Of a stretch of 64,000 nt of DNA, positions 50,619-58,838 are shown one piece after another. Position numbers and translations under genes: made by a program. Origin of the DNA: a virus (lineage: Duplodnaviria; Caudoviricetes); the IMG/VR virus record IMGVR_UViG_3300001765_000038, positions 11,777-75,776 of that record. One strand, given 5' to 3'. Numbering within the stretch: position 1 is the stretch's first letter; each line of letters opens with the position of its first letter. Under the pieces are notes generated by a model, which did not search any database, had not been told where the DNA came from, and saw only the letters and a list, made by a program, of their open reading frames with translations.

Positions 50619-51205
50619 GTTGTAGATTCTTTCAACGCTTTTAAATATGCCTTAATAAATTCACCAATATAATTACTTTTTATAAGTTTAATCTGTCTTT
50701 TTCTTTCATTCAGACCATCTTCGTACTCATAATTAGTTACTGGTATACCTTCTAAAGTTTTATAATCACTCATCCATATGGGGTGAGTAGCATCAAGACC
50801 CTTTAATTGTGCATTGGTAGCATTTTTATAATCATAATAATATTCATCAACTACATTACCATCTGGATCTTCATAATGATGTATATCATAGATCTTATCT
50901 TCACCGTATTTACTTATAACAAATTTCATCATAGAATCATATATCATTGGAAAGTCAGTGATGTAATCAAACCTGTTATTAATATACATAACAACCCAGT
51001 GATAATCCATCGTGTTATAAAATTTATATGATATGATTTCTGGTGTTTCTCCATCTAACATTGTGTAATTGAAAAACATATAACGGTTTTCAATATCAGT
51101 CATTCTATAATTTATTCGTACTAAAATATCTGGAATAATAACCGGAATAGCATTCTCATTACGAATTGCTAAATCATACATAATTTTTGGTAAATTTTTA
51201 ATCAT
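50615..51205 (-). CDS. gp53: Baseplate wedge subunit gp53 (LysM-like)
   Basis: DGETPEIISYKFYNTMDYHWVVMYINN, IHHYED, VTNYEYE..LNERKRQIKLIK. Confidence 0.85.
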   Translation of the reverse strand: MIKNLPKIMYDLAIRNENAIPVIIPDILVRINYRMTDIENRYMFFNYTMLDGETPEIISYKFYNTMDYHWVVMYINNRFDYITDFPMIYDSMMKFVISKYGEDKIYDIHHYEDPDGNVVDEYYYDYKNATNAQLKGLDATHPIWMSDYKTLEGIPVTNYEYEDGLNERKRQIKLIKSNYIGEFIKAYLKALKESTT

Positions 51206-52278
51206 TAAGTTCTATCCCTAGCATTAATTATTCCCGCAGCAGAACCAATAGGATTGTCTGCTGCAAATGAGGCCGCTGCATCAGAAACACCAGTTGAAGT
51301 TGTCGGCCCTTCGCCAAATTCATCTAAACGATCTTTTGTCAATGGTTCTAATTCAGTAAAGGTTAATGACATTGTTACTGCGGTCGGATAACCATTTGTA
51401 TCTTTGAATGCAGACCATACACCGTCTGGTGTATAATTTACTGACATATCTGTTAATGCACATGTCGCAATACTACCAATAAATTGATTAACTTGTCGTG
51501 TGCCAGAATCATTGTTTTTTGTGCCACTATAAAAATCTATTTCAAATTCTGCAGGGAATATTAAATATTCACCAGATGTTATTTCTGGATGCATGTGATA
51601 TTTAAATGTATCAATGATTCTTATTACATTTCCTGCTTCTGTTCTTGATCTTGGTGCCATTAAAAATTCAAAGGTGAACGTTCTAAAGTTCATACCATTA
51701 AATATTGATTCAGAATTAGGGTTAGATAATTTACCTTGCAATTTATTAGCAACTTCTTTACTTGATGTTATCGCTGCTAAAATATTACCTACGGTACCTT
51801 GTGCAAATCTATTTGCCATCGATCCTGCCATGCTACTTATTGCATCTGTTACTTGACCACCGCTCTTATTAGCTTCTCGTGATAATAAATTGATAATAGC
51901 GTTAGAATCAGCTTGTTCATATTTAGCACTCCATGATTCAACCCAATTGTTAGGCATATACATGGCAATGGCGCTCTTTAATTGTTTATAACCAGGTGCA
52001 AATGTAATCGTTTGTCCGCCTACTGTCATTGATGTAATACCAGCATTCGCTGCTGCTTTTCCAATATTACCCGTCCCACTCTTTTTAGACATTGGTGCAG
52101 CACCAGAAAATAATGTGTTTGCAGCATCACCAATTTTTGATTTACCTGGAACATTTATGAAGAATACTACCATATGCTTTTTATCTTCTTGAAAAAGATC
52201 TATGGGGTACGTCAATTCATCAATATTAAAATCACCGCCAGTTCCTGTGGCACCACCTGCTCTTCTTAAAGTTACCAT
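51205..52278 (-). CDS. gp48: Baseplate tail tube cap gp48
   Basis: LTYP.D, IAMYMP, NP..E.IFNGMNFRTFTFEF.MAPRS..EA..V..II..FKYHMHP, CALTDMSVNYTPDG, MSLTFTELEPLTK. Confidence 0.85.
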   Translation of the reverse strand: MVTLRRAGGATGTGGDFNIDELTYPIDLFQEDKKHMVVFFINVPGKSKIGDAANTLFSGAAPMSKKSGTGNIGKAAANAGITSMTVGGQTITFAPGYKQLKSAIAMYMPNNWVESWSAKYEQADSNAIINLLSREANKSGGQVTDAISSMAGSMANRFAQGTVGNILAAITSSKEVANKLQGKLSNPNSESIFNGMNFRTFTFEFLMAPRSRTEAGNVIRIIDTFKYHMHPEITSGEYLIFPAEFEIDFYSGTKNNDSGTRQVNQFIGSIATCALTDMSVNYTPDGVWSAFKDTNGYPTAVTMSLTFTELEPLTKDRLDEFGEGPTTSTGVSDAAASFAADNPIGSAAGIINARDRT

Positions 52279-52287
52279 AATTTCCTC

Positions 52288-52322
52288 GATAAATATTGTA
52301 TTACGACTGTTTAATATTTATC
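52288..52322. promoter_or_regulatory. Pair of face-to-face late promoters GATAAATA (plus 52288-52295; minus 52315-52322)
   Basis: Perfect 10-bp inverted repeat gataaatatt / aatatttatc in the gap between the divergent gp48 and gp4 genes. Confidence 0.7.
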
Positions 52323-52331
52323 ACTAAACTT

Positions 52332-52784
52332 ATGGCAAGAAATTATTTACAAGGTAAATTTACATTAAAGAATCCTAATAAATATGTAGGAGATAAGGAA
52401 AATGTCATTTATCGCTCTAGTTGGGAAAAGAAATTGATGATATATTTAGATGAAAATGCATCAATTTTGAAGTGGGGAAGTGAAGAATTAATTATACCCT
52501 ATATTAACAAAGTAGATAACAAACCACATCGCTATTTCCCTGATTTTGTTATAGAATACAAGACACAGAAAGATACAATAAAACATGCAATAATTGAAAT
52601 TAAACCAAAAGCACAAACAATACCACCACAATTACCCAAATCAGGAAAGCAAAATAGAAAGTATTTAAACGAAATGGTGACATATATTACTAATGAAAGT
52701 AAGTGGTTAGCGGCTAAGGATTGGGCTTTAAAACATGGTTGGGATTTCATCATCATGACAGAGAAAGAACTCGGAATAAAATAA
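52332..52784 (+). CDS. gp4: Head completion nuclease gp4 (TnsA-like)
   Basis: YLQGKF..KNPNKYVGD...IYRSSWE, WGSEE..IPY, HRYFPDF, IEIKP. Start set to the MARNY Met. Confidence 0.9.
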   Translation: MARNYLQGKFTLKNPNKYVGDKENVIYRSSWEKKLMIYLDENASILKWGSEELIIPYINKVDNKPHRYFPDFVIEYKTQKDTIKHAIIEIKPKAQTIPPQLPKSGKQNRKYLNEMVTYITNESKWLAAKDWALKHGWDFIIMTEKELGIK

Positions 52785-53353
52785 TGTATATAAGAGAATT
52801 AACTAACAAAATCAAATCAGATCCAAAGTATAATGCAAAAAACACTTATACTTGGTTTAGAAGTAAAATACAGCAATTGGGAACTATTAATCCTAAAACG
52901 TATACTGATAAAGCAACATTCACTAAAATTATACCTGGTTTTTGTTATCTATACATGTATGATCCAAAATATAAGAAAACTATGCCCTATTATGATCGAT
53001 TCCCATTAGTGTTTCCATTCAATAAAGATGCAGAGGGTTTCATTGGATTAAATTTGCATTATTTACATCCAAAACTTAGATTGATATTGTTAGCAAGATT
53101 GAATTCATTTAAAGTAAAACAACTTAATAATGAAAATAAATTAATGTTACAGTGGAAATATTTAAGCAATGTGGCGAAGTTTCCAGAAGTTGCACCATGT
53201 GTTAAAAGATATCTATGGTCTCATTGTAAATCAAAGTTTCTTAAAATACCCGATGATGATTGGATTGTTATGTCACAATTGCCCACTGATGTATTTAAAG
53301 GTGATATAAACACTTCGGTTTGGGCCGAATCTAGAACAAAGATAGGAAGATAA
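52784..53353 (+). CDS. gp2: DNA end protector gp2
   Basis: YLYMYDPKYK.TMPYYDRFPLVFP, FIGLNLHYL, PCVKRYLWSH; start at the TAATG overlap with gp4. Confidence 0.9.
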   Translation: MYIRELTNKIKSDPKYNAKNTYTWFRSKIQQLGTINPKTYTDKATFTKIIPGFCYLYMYDPKYKKTMPYYDRFPLVFPFNKDAEGFIGLNLHYLHPKLRLILLARLNSFKVKQLNNENKLMLQWKYLSNVAKFPEVAPCVKRYLWSHCKSKFLKIPDDDWIVMSQLPTDVFKGDINTSVWAESRTKIGR

Positions 53354-53354
53354 A

Positions 53355-54191
53355 ATGGTATCAGATAATATTGTAAATGATGAAAGTGGTATAAGTAAGT
53401 TTATTGGTGCAATAAACTCAAGTACGGGTTTAGCTAAACCCAATTGGTTTAAAGTGTTTATTACAAAACCTTCTTTATCTAATGTTGAGCGTGATGTTTC
53501 ATTATTTTGTACTGCAGCACAATTTCCTTCTAATAATATATTAACTTCACCAATAAGAACTTATGGGCCGCCTATTGAATATCCCTATATGAAAATATTT
53601 GATGCTGTCAATTTAACATTTTTAGTCGATAATCAAATGAAAGTTAAAAACTTCTTTGATAATTGGATGCAATTGATTGTTGATGATGGTGTCACTAATG
53701 ATGTTGCATTTTCTGATGATTATGCCACTACAATTGACATATATCAATTAGATCAGGGATCAAGTGGTATTACTCATTCAATTAGTTTGTTACAAGCATA
53801 TCCAAAATTAATCAATGCTATACAATTAGATCATCAATCACAAAATCAATTTCATCGTTTAGAAGTTACTTTTGTTTATTCTAAGATTTTATATGGCATA
53901 TATGAAAATGAATCACCCACTATTAATCCACAAGCTGAAGCTCCAAGTAGTTCAAATTATACAAATAATGAAAATTCACCATTTGGTGCACCAACATATG
54001 ACAATTCTTTTGGCAATACTGATTTCTTAGGATCAAGTTATCCAGAAGTGTCTAATTTCACTAATCAAATAAATGCTCAAGTAATGAATACATTTTCACC
54101 ATTTATGTCACCAATAACTGACACATTAAATAATATAACAGCAGCATCATCGTTTCTTGCAAATCCAAATATTTCAATAAGACTTTATTAA
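53355..54191 (+). CDS. gp54: Baseplate tail tube initiator gp54 (tail-tube fold)
   Basis: GLAKPNWFKV, FCTAAQFP, YPYMKIFDAVNLTF, FFDNWMQLI, LLQAYP..INAIQLD, LEVTFVY; low-complexity C-terminal extension. Confidence 0.75.
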   Translation: MVSDNIVNDESGISKFIGAINSSTGLAKPNWFKVFITKPSLSNVERDVSLFCTAAQFPSNNILTSPIRTYGPPIEYPYMKIFDAVNLTFLVDNQMKVKNFFDNWMQLIVDDGVTNDVAFSDDYATTIDIYQLDQGSSGITHSISLLQAYPKLINAIQLDHQSQNQFHRLEVTFVYSKILYGIYENESPTINPQAEAPSSSNYTNNENSPFGAPTYDNSFGNTDFLGSSYPEVSNFTNQINAQVMNTFSPFMSPITDTLNNITAASSFLANPNISIRLY

Positions 54192-54205
54192 TGAGGAGAT
54201 TATGA

Positions 54206-54907
54206 ATGAAATTTTCGTCTATTCCAACATATGAATTGATATTACCATCGACTGGTAAAAAGATTAAATACCGACCATTTTTAGTGAAAGAAGAAAAAGT
54301 ATTGTTGCTTTCTATTCAAGAAAAAAATGAAGAACATGTTATACACACATTGAAAGATATTATTAATTCTTGCACATTTAATATGATCAACGTTGATAAA
54401 TTGCCAGCAGTAGATATTGAATATATCTTTATTATGCTTAGAAATAAAAGTATGGGTGAAGCATTAGATTTAGAAGTAACATGTAATAGCTGTGATGCTA
54501 AAAATTTGGTGTCTTGTAATTTAGAGAATATTAAAGTTAGCAAACCATTGGAAAATGTGAAGGACAAAACGATTAAATTAACAGATGAATTGATTGTCAC
54601 TATGCGGTATCCAACCCTAGAAATGTCATATAATTTAACCGAAGGTGACGATATACAGAGTACAATTGAAGTTATCGCTAAGTGTGTCGAATTCATTGAC
54701 TATCAGGGTAAATTACATGATACCGCCGATTTACCATTTACAGAAGTTGTCGAATTTGTTGAGAATTTAACACAAAAACAGATCAATCTTATAGATGAAT
54801 TTTTAGAAACAATACCTCAAGTAGTATTTGATGATGATTTTAAATGTAGCAAATGTGGTAACACAAATCATATTCATATAGAGGGTATATCTAATTTTTT
54901 CGTCTAG
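54206..54907 (+). CDS. gp26: Baseplate hub assembly chaperone gp26-like (T4_baseplate family), short form
   Basis: YEL.LPSTGKKIKYRPFLVKEEKVLL, DIEYIFIMLRNKSMGE, CxxC twice, MRYP, ends EGISNFFV. Confidence 0.85.
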   Translation: MKFSSIPTYELILPSTGKKIKYRPFLVKEEKVLLLSIQEKNEEHVIHTLKDIINSCTFNMINVDKLPAVDIEYIFIMLRNKSMGEALDLEVTCNSCDAKNLVSCNLENIKVSKPLENVKDKTIKLTDELIVTMRYPTLEMSYNLTEGDDIQSTIEVIAKCVEFIDYQGKLHDTADLPFTEVVEFVENLTQKQINLIDEFLETIPQVVFDDDFKCSKCGNTNHIHIEGISNFFV

Positions 54908-54931
54908 CGCTCAATGCTGAATCATTGGGCG
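54895..54931 (+). promoter_or_regulatory. Candidate programmed -1 ribosomal frameshift signal
   Basis: In-frame slippery heptamer T TTT TTC (54895-54901), 6-nt spacer GTCTAG, then a 9-bp stem CGCTCAATG/CATTGGGCG (one G-U pair) with a 6-nt loop (54908-54931). Confidence 0.75.
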
Positions 54932-55086
54932 ATTATTATCGAATTAATTTTAGTATGATGCAATTTCATCATTATAGTTTAACAGAATTAGAAAACATGT
55001 TACCATGGGAACGAGAAGTTTATCTGTCATTATTATTGAAATACATTCAGGAAGAAAACGAACGGAAAAGTAAACAGGTAAAATAA
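54895..55086 (+). CDS. gp51-type C-terminal extension in the -1 frame of gp26 (no credible own start)
   Basis: Not in the ORF track. Frame opens right after TAA at 54892-54894: FFRLALNAESLGDYYRINFSMMQFHHYSLTELENMLPWEREVYLSLLLKYIQEENERKSKQVK. YSLTELENMLPWER is the motif usually annotated gp51 in T4-like phages; the first ATG (54955) lies inside the conserved-looking block. Confidence 0.8.
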   Translation, partial: FFRLALNAESLGDYYRINFSMMQFHHYSLTELENMLPWEREVYLSLLLKYIQEENERKSKQVK

Positions 55087-55087
55087 T

Positions 55088-57295
55088 ATGGCAAAAGATA
55101 CTAAACAGATTGAACAAGACGTCAACAATTTATTAGACGTATTTGAAGAAATCGCAAAACATAATAAAGAGGGTTATGCTGAATTAGAGCGTGAAATCAA
55201 TCAGAAATCTGCTAAATGGATGAAGCAGATGACTGATAGAACTAAACTCGCTGATGTGGCTACAAAAGATTATGATGCAGGTGCCGATTTATCATTGAAA
55301 ATTTCTGAACAGTTTGTTAAAAAAGGTGCTCTTAAAAAAATAATGGAAGAAACTCTTGTTGAATTCATCAATAAGAAAGCACCAGAATTAGTAGAAAATA
55401 TCCGTGATCAAATAGGTACTGATACATCACCAGAAAATTTAGATCGAATCGCCGCTAAGATTGCAGATAAGGTGCAACCAGAAACGTCATCATATCCTAT
55501 TGCACAACAAAGTACTCCTTCTGGATTGCCCATACAAGATCCACAAACACCTAAGGAAGAAAAAGTTGGTAAAACAAAAATAAAGAAAAAATTATCATTT
55601 GGTCAACATGTTAAAAAGTGGGGAAGAGCAGCACTTAGATTAAATCCACTTTTAAATGATTATATGGATAAATTAGATGATGAAGATTCACGCACTAAAC
55701 GTATTGAACGTGAAGAAAAAATGCAGGAAAAACTCATTGAAACTGGTGTTTCACCACGAATAGCAAAATCGACTGGATCAGTCGCCGCTAATTCTACAAT
55801 TGTAAAATTATTAGAAAAAATTGAAGAAAACACAAGAGGCGGTGATGAATCTAAAAAAGAATCTATTAAACCAAACCGTAAAAAAGTAACATTAGAAGCA
55901 GTTAAACAATGGGCCGCAGATAAAATGGTTAACACCATTGGTGGTACTGATGTTGGCAGATTAGCATTGAACACATATAGTGTTGCTAAAGTAGTTGGTG
56001 GTGGTGTTAAAGATTTAATGGGTACAAATAAAGAAAATCAAGGAAAAACTGGCAATTTAGGAGACGTTAATACTACAGTTAAAAATAATACTAGTAACAA
56101 TAAAATGTTTTCTTTTGTGAAAAATTTATTCAAACGAAATTCAAATGTAAATCAAAACTCTGACTCATCTATCAATCAAAACTCTGACTCATCTATCATT
56201 CAAAATAGTGATAAACTATCATTGATGAATTCATCAGTGGGTGATGTTATAAGCAAATCAACTAATTCTACAACGACAGGTACATCAAGATTTAAAAATA
56301 AACTGTTAGCGATGAATCCATTTCGAGCAAGAAACAAAGAAACGGCGGAGGACAAGTTCGAAGCATCAAAAGCTGATGATCCATTGATAGACACATTGAA
56401 ACAGATTGAAAAAAATACTAATCCCAAAAAAGAGAAAAAAGAGAAAAAATCAATTTTGGGAGAAATATTTGGTGGTTTATTTGGTAAATTATTTGATGTA
56501 ATCAAACCATTTTTTGAGGGTTTAATGGTGCGATTATTACCAGTATTAGCATCAATTGGTTCAGCATTATTACCATTAGCGGCTCTTGTTGCAACAACAT
56601 TGATTGTTGGCGCTGCTGCTGATTGGTTACTTAAAAAAGTAGTTGGTGATCCTGGAGACATTAAAACAAGTGAAGATGCAAGAGAATCTACTAAACCAGG
56701 TTCAACATTAGACACTATACAAAAGGCAGTAGGTGGTCAAGGTTTGAAAGCTGCTGCAGATAAATCAGATGTTGAAAAAATTCAGACAGAACGCCCGACC
56801 GCTGCAAACAAAAAACGTTGGGAAACAAGAATATTTGAACAGGGTACGATGGTCACTTCAGAAGAAGCAAAAGCATTAAAAGAAAAACATGATATTGAAG
56901 TACCTGATGATCAAATCAAATCAAAGGCAATTGCAGTTAATGGGACAGCTAATAAAACATATGCAAATGCAACAGAAGAACGTATTGCAAAAGAAGAACT
57001 AGAATCAAAGAAAGCATCGTCTAATGCTTCTACTGTACCAGTTATATCTTCAAAGATAGATCCAGCAAAACCAAAATTTAATGATATTCCTAATAAAATA
57101 GAAACAGGATCACACATTAAAGAAGAATTAGAAAATAAAATTGATAAACAGGGTACTGCAAAAGCAATAGCGCCAATTATCAATAAACCAGTTACTAACA
57201 TTAGTAATAACAATACATCAACATCTTTCAGATTACACCCAAGAAATCAAGATAGTTCATGGACAAGATATATGGATGGCAGATATGCGGTATAA
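55088..57295 (+). CDS. gp29: Putative tape measure / baseplate hub subunit gp29-like (735 aa)
   Basis: Long, Lys/Glu-rich helical protein with a hydrophobic Gly/Ala segment (LLPVLASIGSALLPLAALVATTLIVGAAA) and a C-terminal NISNNNTS-type tail; directly follows the chaperone gene. Confidence 0.65.
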   Translation: MAKDTKQIEQDVNNLLDVFEEIAKHNKEGYAELEREINQKSAKWMKQMTDRTKLADVATKDYDAGADLSLKISEQFVKKGALKKIMEETLVEFINKKAPELVENIRDQIGTDTSPENLDRIAAKIADKVQPETSSYPIAQQSTPSGLPIQDPQTPKEEKVGKTKIKKKLSFGQHVKKWGRAALRLNPLLNDYMDKLDDEDSRTKRIEREEKMQEKLIETGVSPRIAKSTGSVAANSTIVKLLEKIEENTRGGDESKKESIKPNRKKVTLEAVKQWAADKMVNTIGGTDVGRLALNTYSVAKVVGGGVKDLMGTNKENQGKTGNLGDVNTTVKNNTSNNKMFSFVKNLFKRNSNVNQNSDSSINQNSDSSIIQNSDKLSLMNSSVGDVISKSTNSTTTGTSRFKNKLLAMNPFRARNKETAEDKFEASKADDPLIDTLKQIEKNTNPKKEKKEKKSILGEIFGGLFGKLFDVIKPFFEGLMVRLLPVLASIGSALLPLAALVATTLIVGAAADWLLKKVVGDPGDIKTSEDARESTKPGSTLDTIQKAVGGQGLKAAADKSDVEKIQTERPTAANKKRWETRIFEQGTMVTSEEAKALKEKHDIEVPDDQIKSKAIAVNGTANKTYANATEERIAKEELESKKASSNASTVPVISSKIDPAKPKFNDIPNKIETGSHIKEELENKIDKQGTAKAIAPIINKPVTNISNNNTSTSFRLHPRNQDSSWTRYMDGRYAV
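56150..56197 (+). repeat. Exact 24-bp tandem duplication (NQNSDSSI x2) in the tape measure
   Basis: aatcaaaactctgactcatctatc at 56150-56173 and 56174-56197. Confidence 0.95.
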
Positions 57296-57404
57296 TGTAT
57301 GGGATTTTAAAGAATTTGATGAATTTATTCCGTGGGGCGAAACACCAACACCAACACCTACTCCAGCACCACAAAAAAATGGGGAGCAATGCTCCCCATT
57401 TTGA
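57276..57404 (+). CDS. Possible 42-aa micro-ORF with a PTPTPTPAP tract
   Basis: MADMRYNVWDFKEFDEFIPWGETPTPTPTPAPQKNGEQCSPF; overlaps the gp29 stop and runs through the terminator hairpin. Confidence 0.4.
   Translation: MADMRYNVWDFKEFDEFIPWGETPTPTPTPAPQKNGEQCSPF
57376..57402 (-). terminator. Rho-independent terminator, probably bidirectional, between convergent gp29 and gp32
   Basis: 12-bp stem aaaatggggagc-aat-gctccccatttt; on the minus strand the GC stem is followed by a U7 run. Confidence 0.85.
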
Positions 57405-57415
57405 ATGATGATTAA

Positions 57416-58303
57416 TTAATCATCGTCAGATGCAAGTGATTTGAAATATGCCAAATCATCATCTTCTTCACTATCTGCAACAGGTTTAGGTGCGGGTTTT
57501 GCCGCCTTCTTTGCCTTATCCACAAAATCATCATCATCTGAAGCACCTTTACTCTTTACGTTAGTAACTGCTTCACCACCAAGAACAGTTGCAAGTTTAA
57601 CTTTCAATGCATCGTATTCTTTGAAATTTTCCTTAGCAACAAGTTCATTGAGATCATGAATCTTTGTGATAACATCATCAAAGTTATCTACTTTTGATTG
57701 AACGTCAAAAGTTGATTTATCGTAGTTTGCATAACCTTCAACCTTACGAATTTTCAATTTAAAATTCGCACCTTCAATTGGATCAAACGGATTAAGTGCA
57801 GCATCATCTGGATCAATAGGATTACCCTTTTCATCAACTGGTGGCTGAAGCTTATCAACAATTTTGTCAAAGATTTTTTGACCAAATTTAAACATGAACA
57901 CTTTACCTTCATTGTCAGGATTTTTACTATCTTGAACAACAAGAATGTTTGTTACATATTGTAATTTACGCTTGCGTTTCCTAACAATTTCTTTATCTGA
58001 TTCACGGCCACTGTTCCATAGAACACCGTTCGCCTCACATACTGGACAAGTACCTTCAATAGTAGTCGGACAATTTTCAATGAACCAACGACCATTATCG
58101 CCCTGAAATCCGTGATTATACATTTTTACAAATGGAATGTCATCTTCTGTTTTGCCAGGTAGAAAACGAATTACGCTAAATGCGTTTCCGGCTTTATCCT
58201 GTTCAGCCTTCCAATAATTTGCTTTATCATCACTGAACGTTGAACCGCCTGCTTTAGCCTTGTTAACTGCTGCCAAAAGATTACCGAATGCTTTATTTGC
58301 CAT
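57416..58303 (-). CDS. gp32: Single-stranded DNA-binding protein gp32
   Basis: DKAGNAFSVIRFLP, HGFQG..GRWFIENCPTT, CPVCE, FMFKFGQKIFDKI, GANFKLKIRKVEGYANYDKS, acidic tail DDDLAYFKSLASDDD; AAGGAG upstream of MANKAF. Confidence 0.95.
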   Translation of the reverse strand: MANKAFGNLLAAVNKAKAGGSTFSDDKANYWKAEQDKAGNAFSVIRFLPGKTEDDIPFVKMYNHGFQGDNGRWFIENCPTTIEGTCPVCEANGVLWNSGRESDKEIVRKRKRKLQYVTNILVVQDSKNPDNEGKVFMFKFGQKIFDKIVDKLQPPVDEKGNPIDPDDAALNPFDPIEGANFKLKIRKVEGYANYDKSTFDVQSKVDNFDDVITKIHDLNELVAKENFKEYDALKVKLATVLGGEAVTNVKSKGASDDDDFVDKAKKAAKPAPKPVADSEEDDDLAYFKSLASDDD

Positions 58304-58394
58304 GTTTGTTGCTCCTTTAATTAGATACGATAGATACAATTATGATACGATTTTTACATTTTAACAAATCATCATTTAACTACTCCTCACCATT

Positions 58395-58402
58395 TATTTA
58401 TA
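58395..58402 (-). promoter_or_regulatory. T4-type late promoter TATAAATA upstream of gp32
   Basis: Exact consensus just downstream of the sigma70 -10 box. Confidence 0.6.
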
Positions 58403-58406
58403 CAAC

Positions 58407-58435
58407 ATTATAACAACATCTTTATTTATTGTCAA
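58407..58435 (-). promoter_or_regulatory. Perfect sigma70 promoter TTGACA-N17-TATAAT for gp32
   Basis: TTGACA at 58435-58430, TATAAT at 58412-58407, 17-nt spacer. Confidence 0.85.
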
Positions 58436-58620
58436 TCAGTTAGGAAGGTATATGCTGGACCAGTACCATTAATAGTTGGATCCCACTGTTCATCAATGAT
58501 ACGTTTAACTTCAGACAAATGATCACCCTCATTATGAATGAACCATTGTGCATCTTGCATATCAGAAAATTGCTTTGTTATTTCTTGTCCATCGCTATAT
58601 TTGAACCAATATTTAATCAT
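58432..58620 (-). CDS. Hypothetical protein
   Basis: About 62 aa, tight ATGA overlap with the upstream gene. Confidence 0.6.
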   Translation of the reverse strand: MIKYWFKYSDGQEITKQFSDMQDAQWFIHNEGDHLSEVKRIIDEQWDPTINGTGPAYTFLTD

Positions 58621-58838
58621 TTCAGGTACCTTTTCCAATCATCAAAATTTCCATATTCGTGGTCAATGTCAATATCTTCTAAATTGACTTCTACAGGTTT
58701 TAATTTGCCATGCCCTTTACGTTTGGCCCGTTTATGCATATCTGTTTCATCATCAAAAAAAATCTTTTCACCATGACGTTTGTCTTTGCGAATTTTCTTT
58801 GGCTTTACAAATTCGGTAAGTTCATCAAATTGTTTCAT
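58617..58838 (-). CDS. Hypothetical basic/acidic protein
   Basis: 73 aa, packed between gp59 and the next ORF; GGAG upstream. Confidence 0.6.
   Translation of the reverse strand: MKQFDELTEFVKPKKIRKDKRHGEKIFFDDETDMHKRAKRKGHGKLKPVEVNLEDIDIDHEYGNFDDWKRYLK

Noticed and set aside
52332-52784. TnsA-like nuclease as a sign of a Tn7/mobile element or homing endonuclease
   Set aside because: Sequence and synteny with gp2 identify it as the core T4 head-completion protein gp4.
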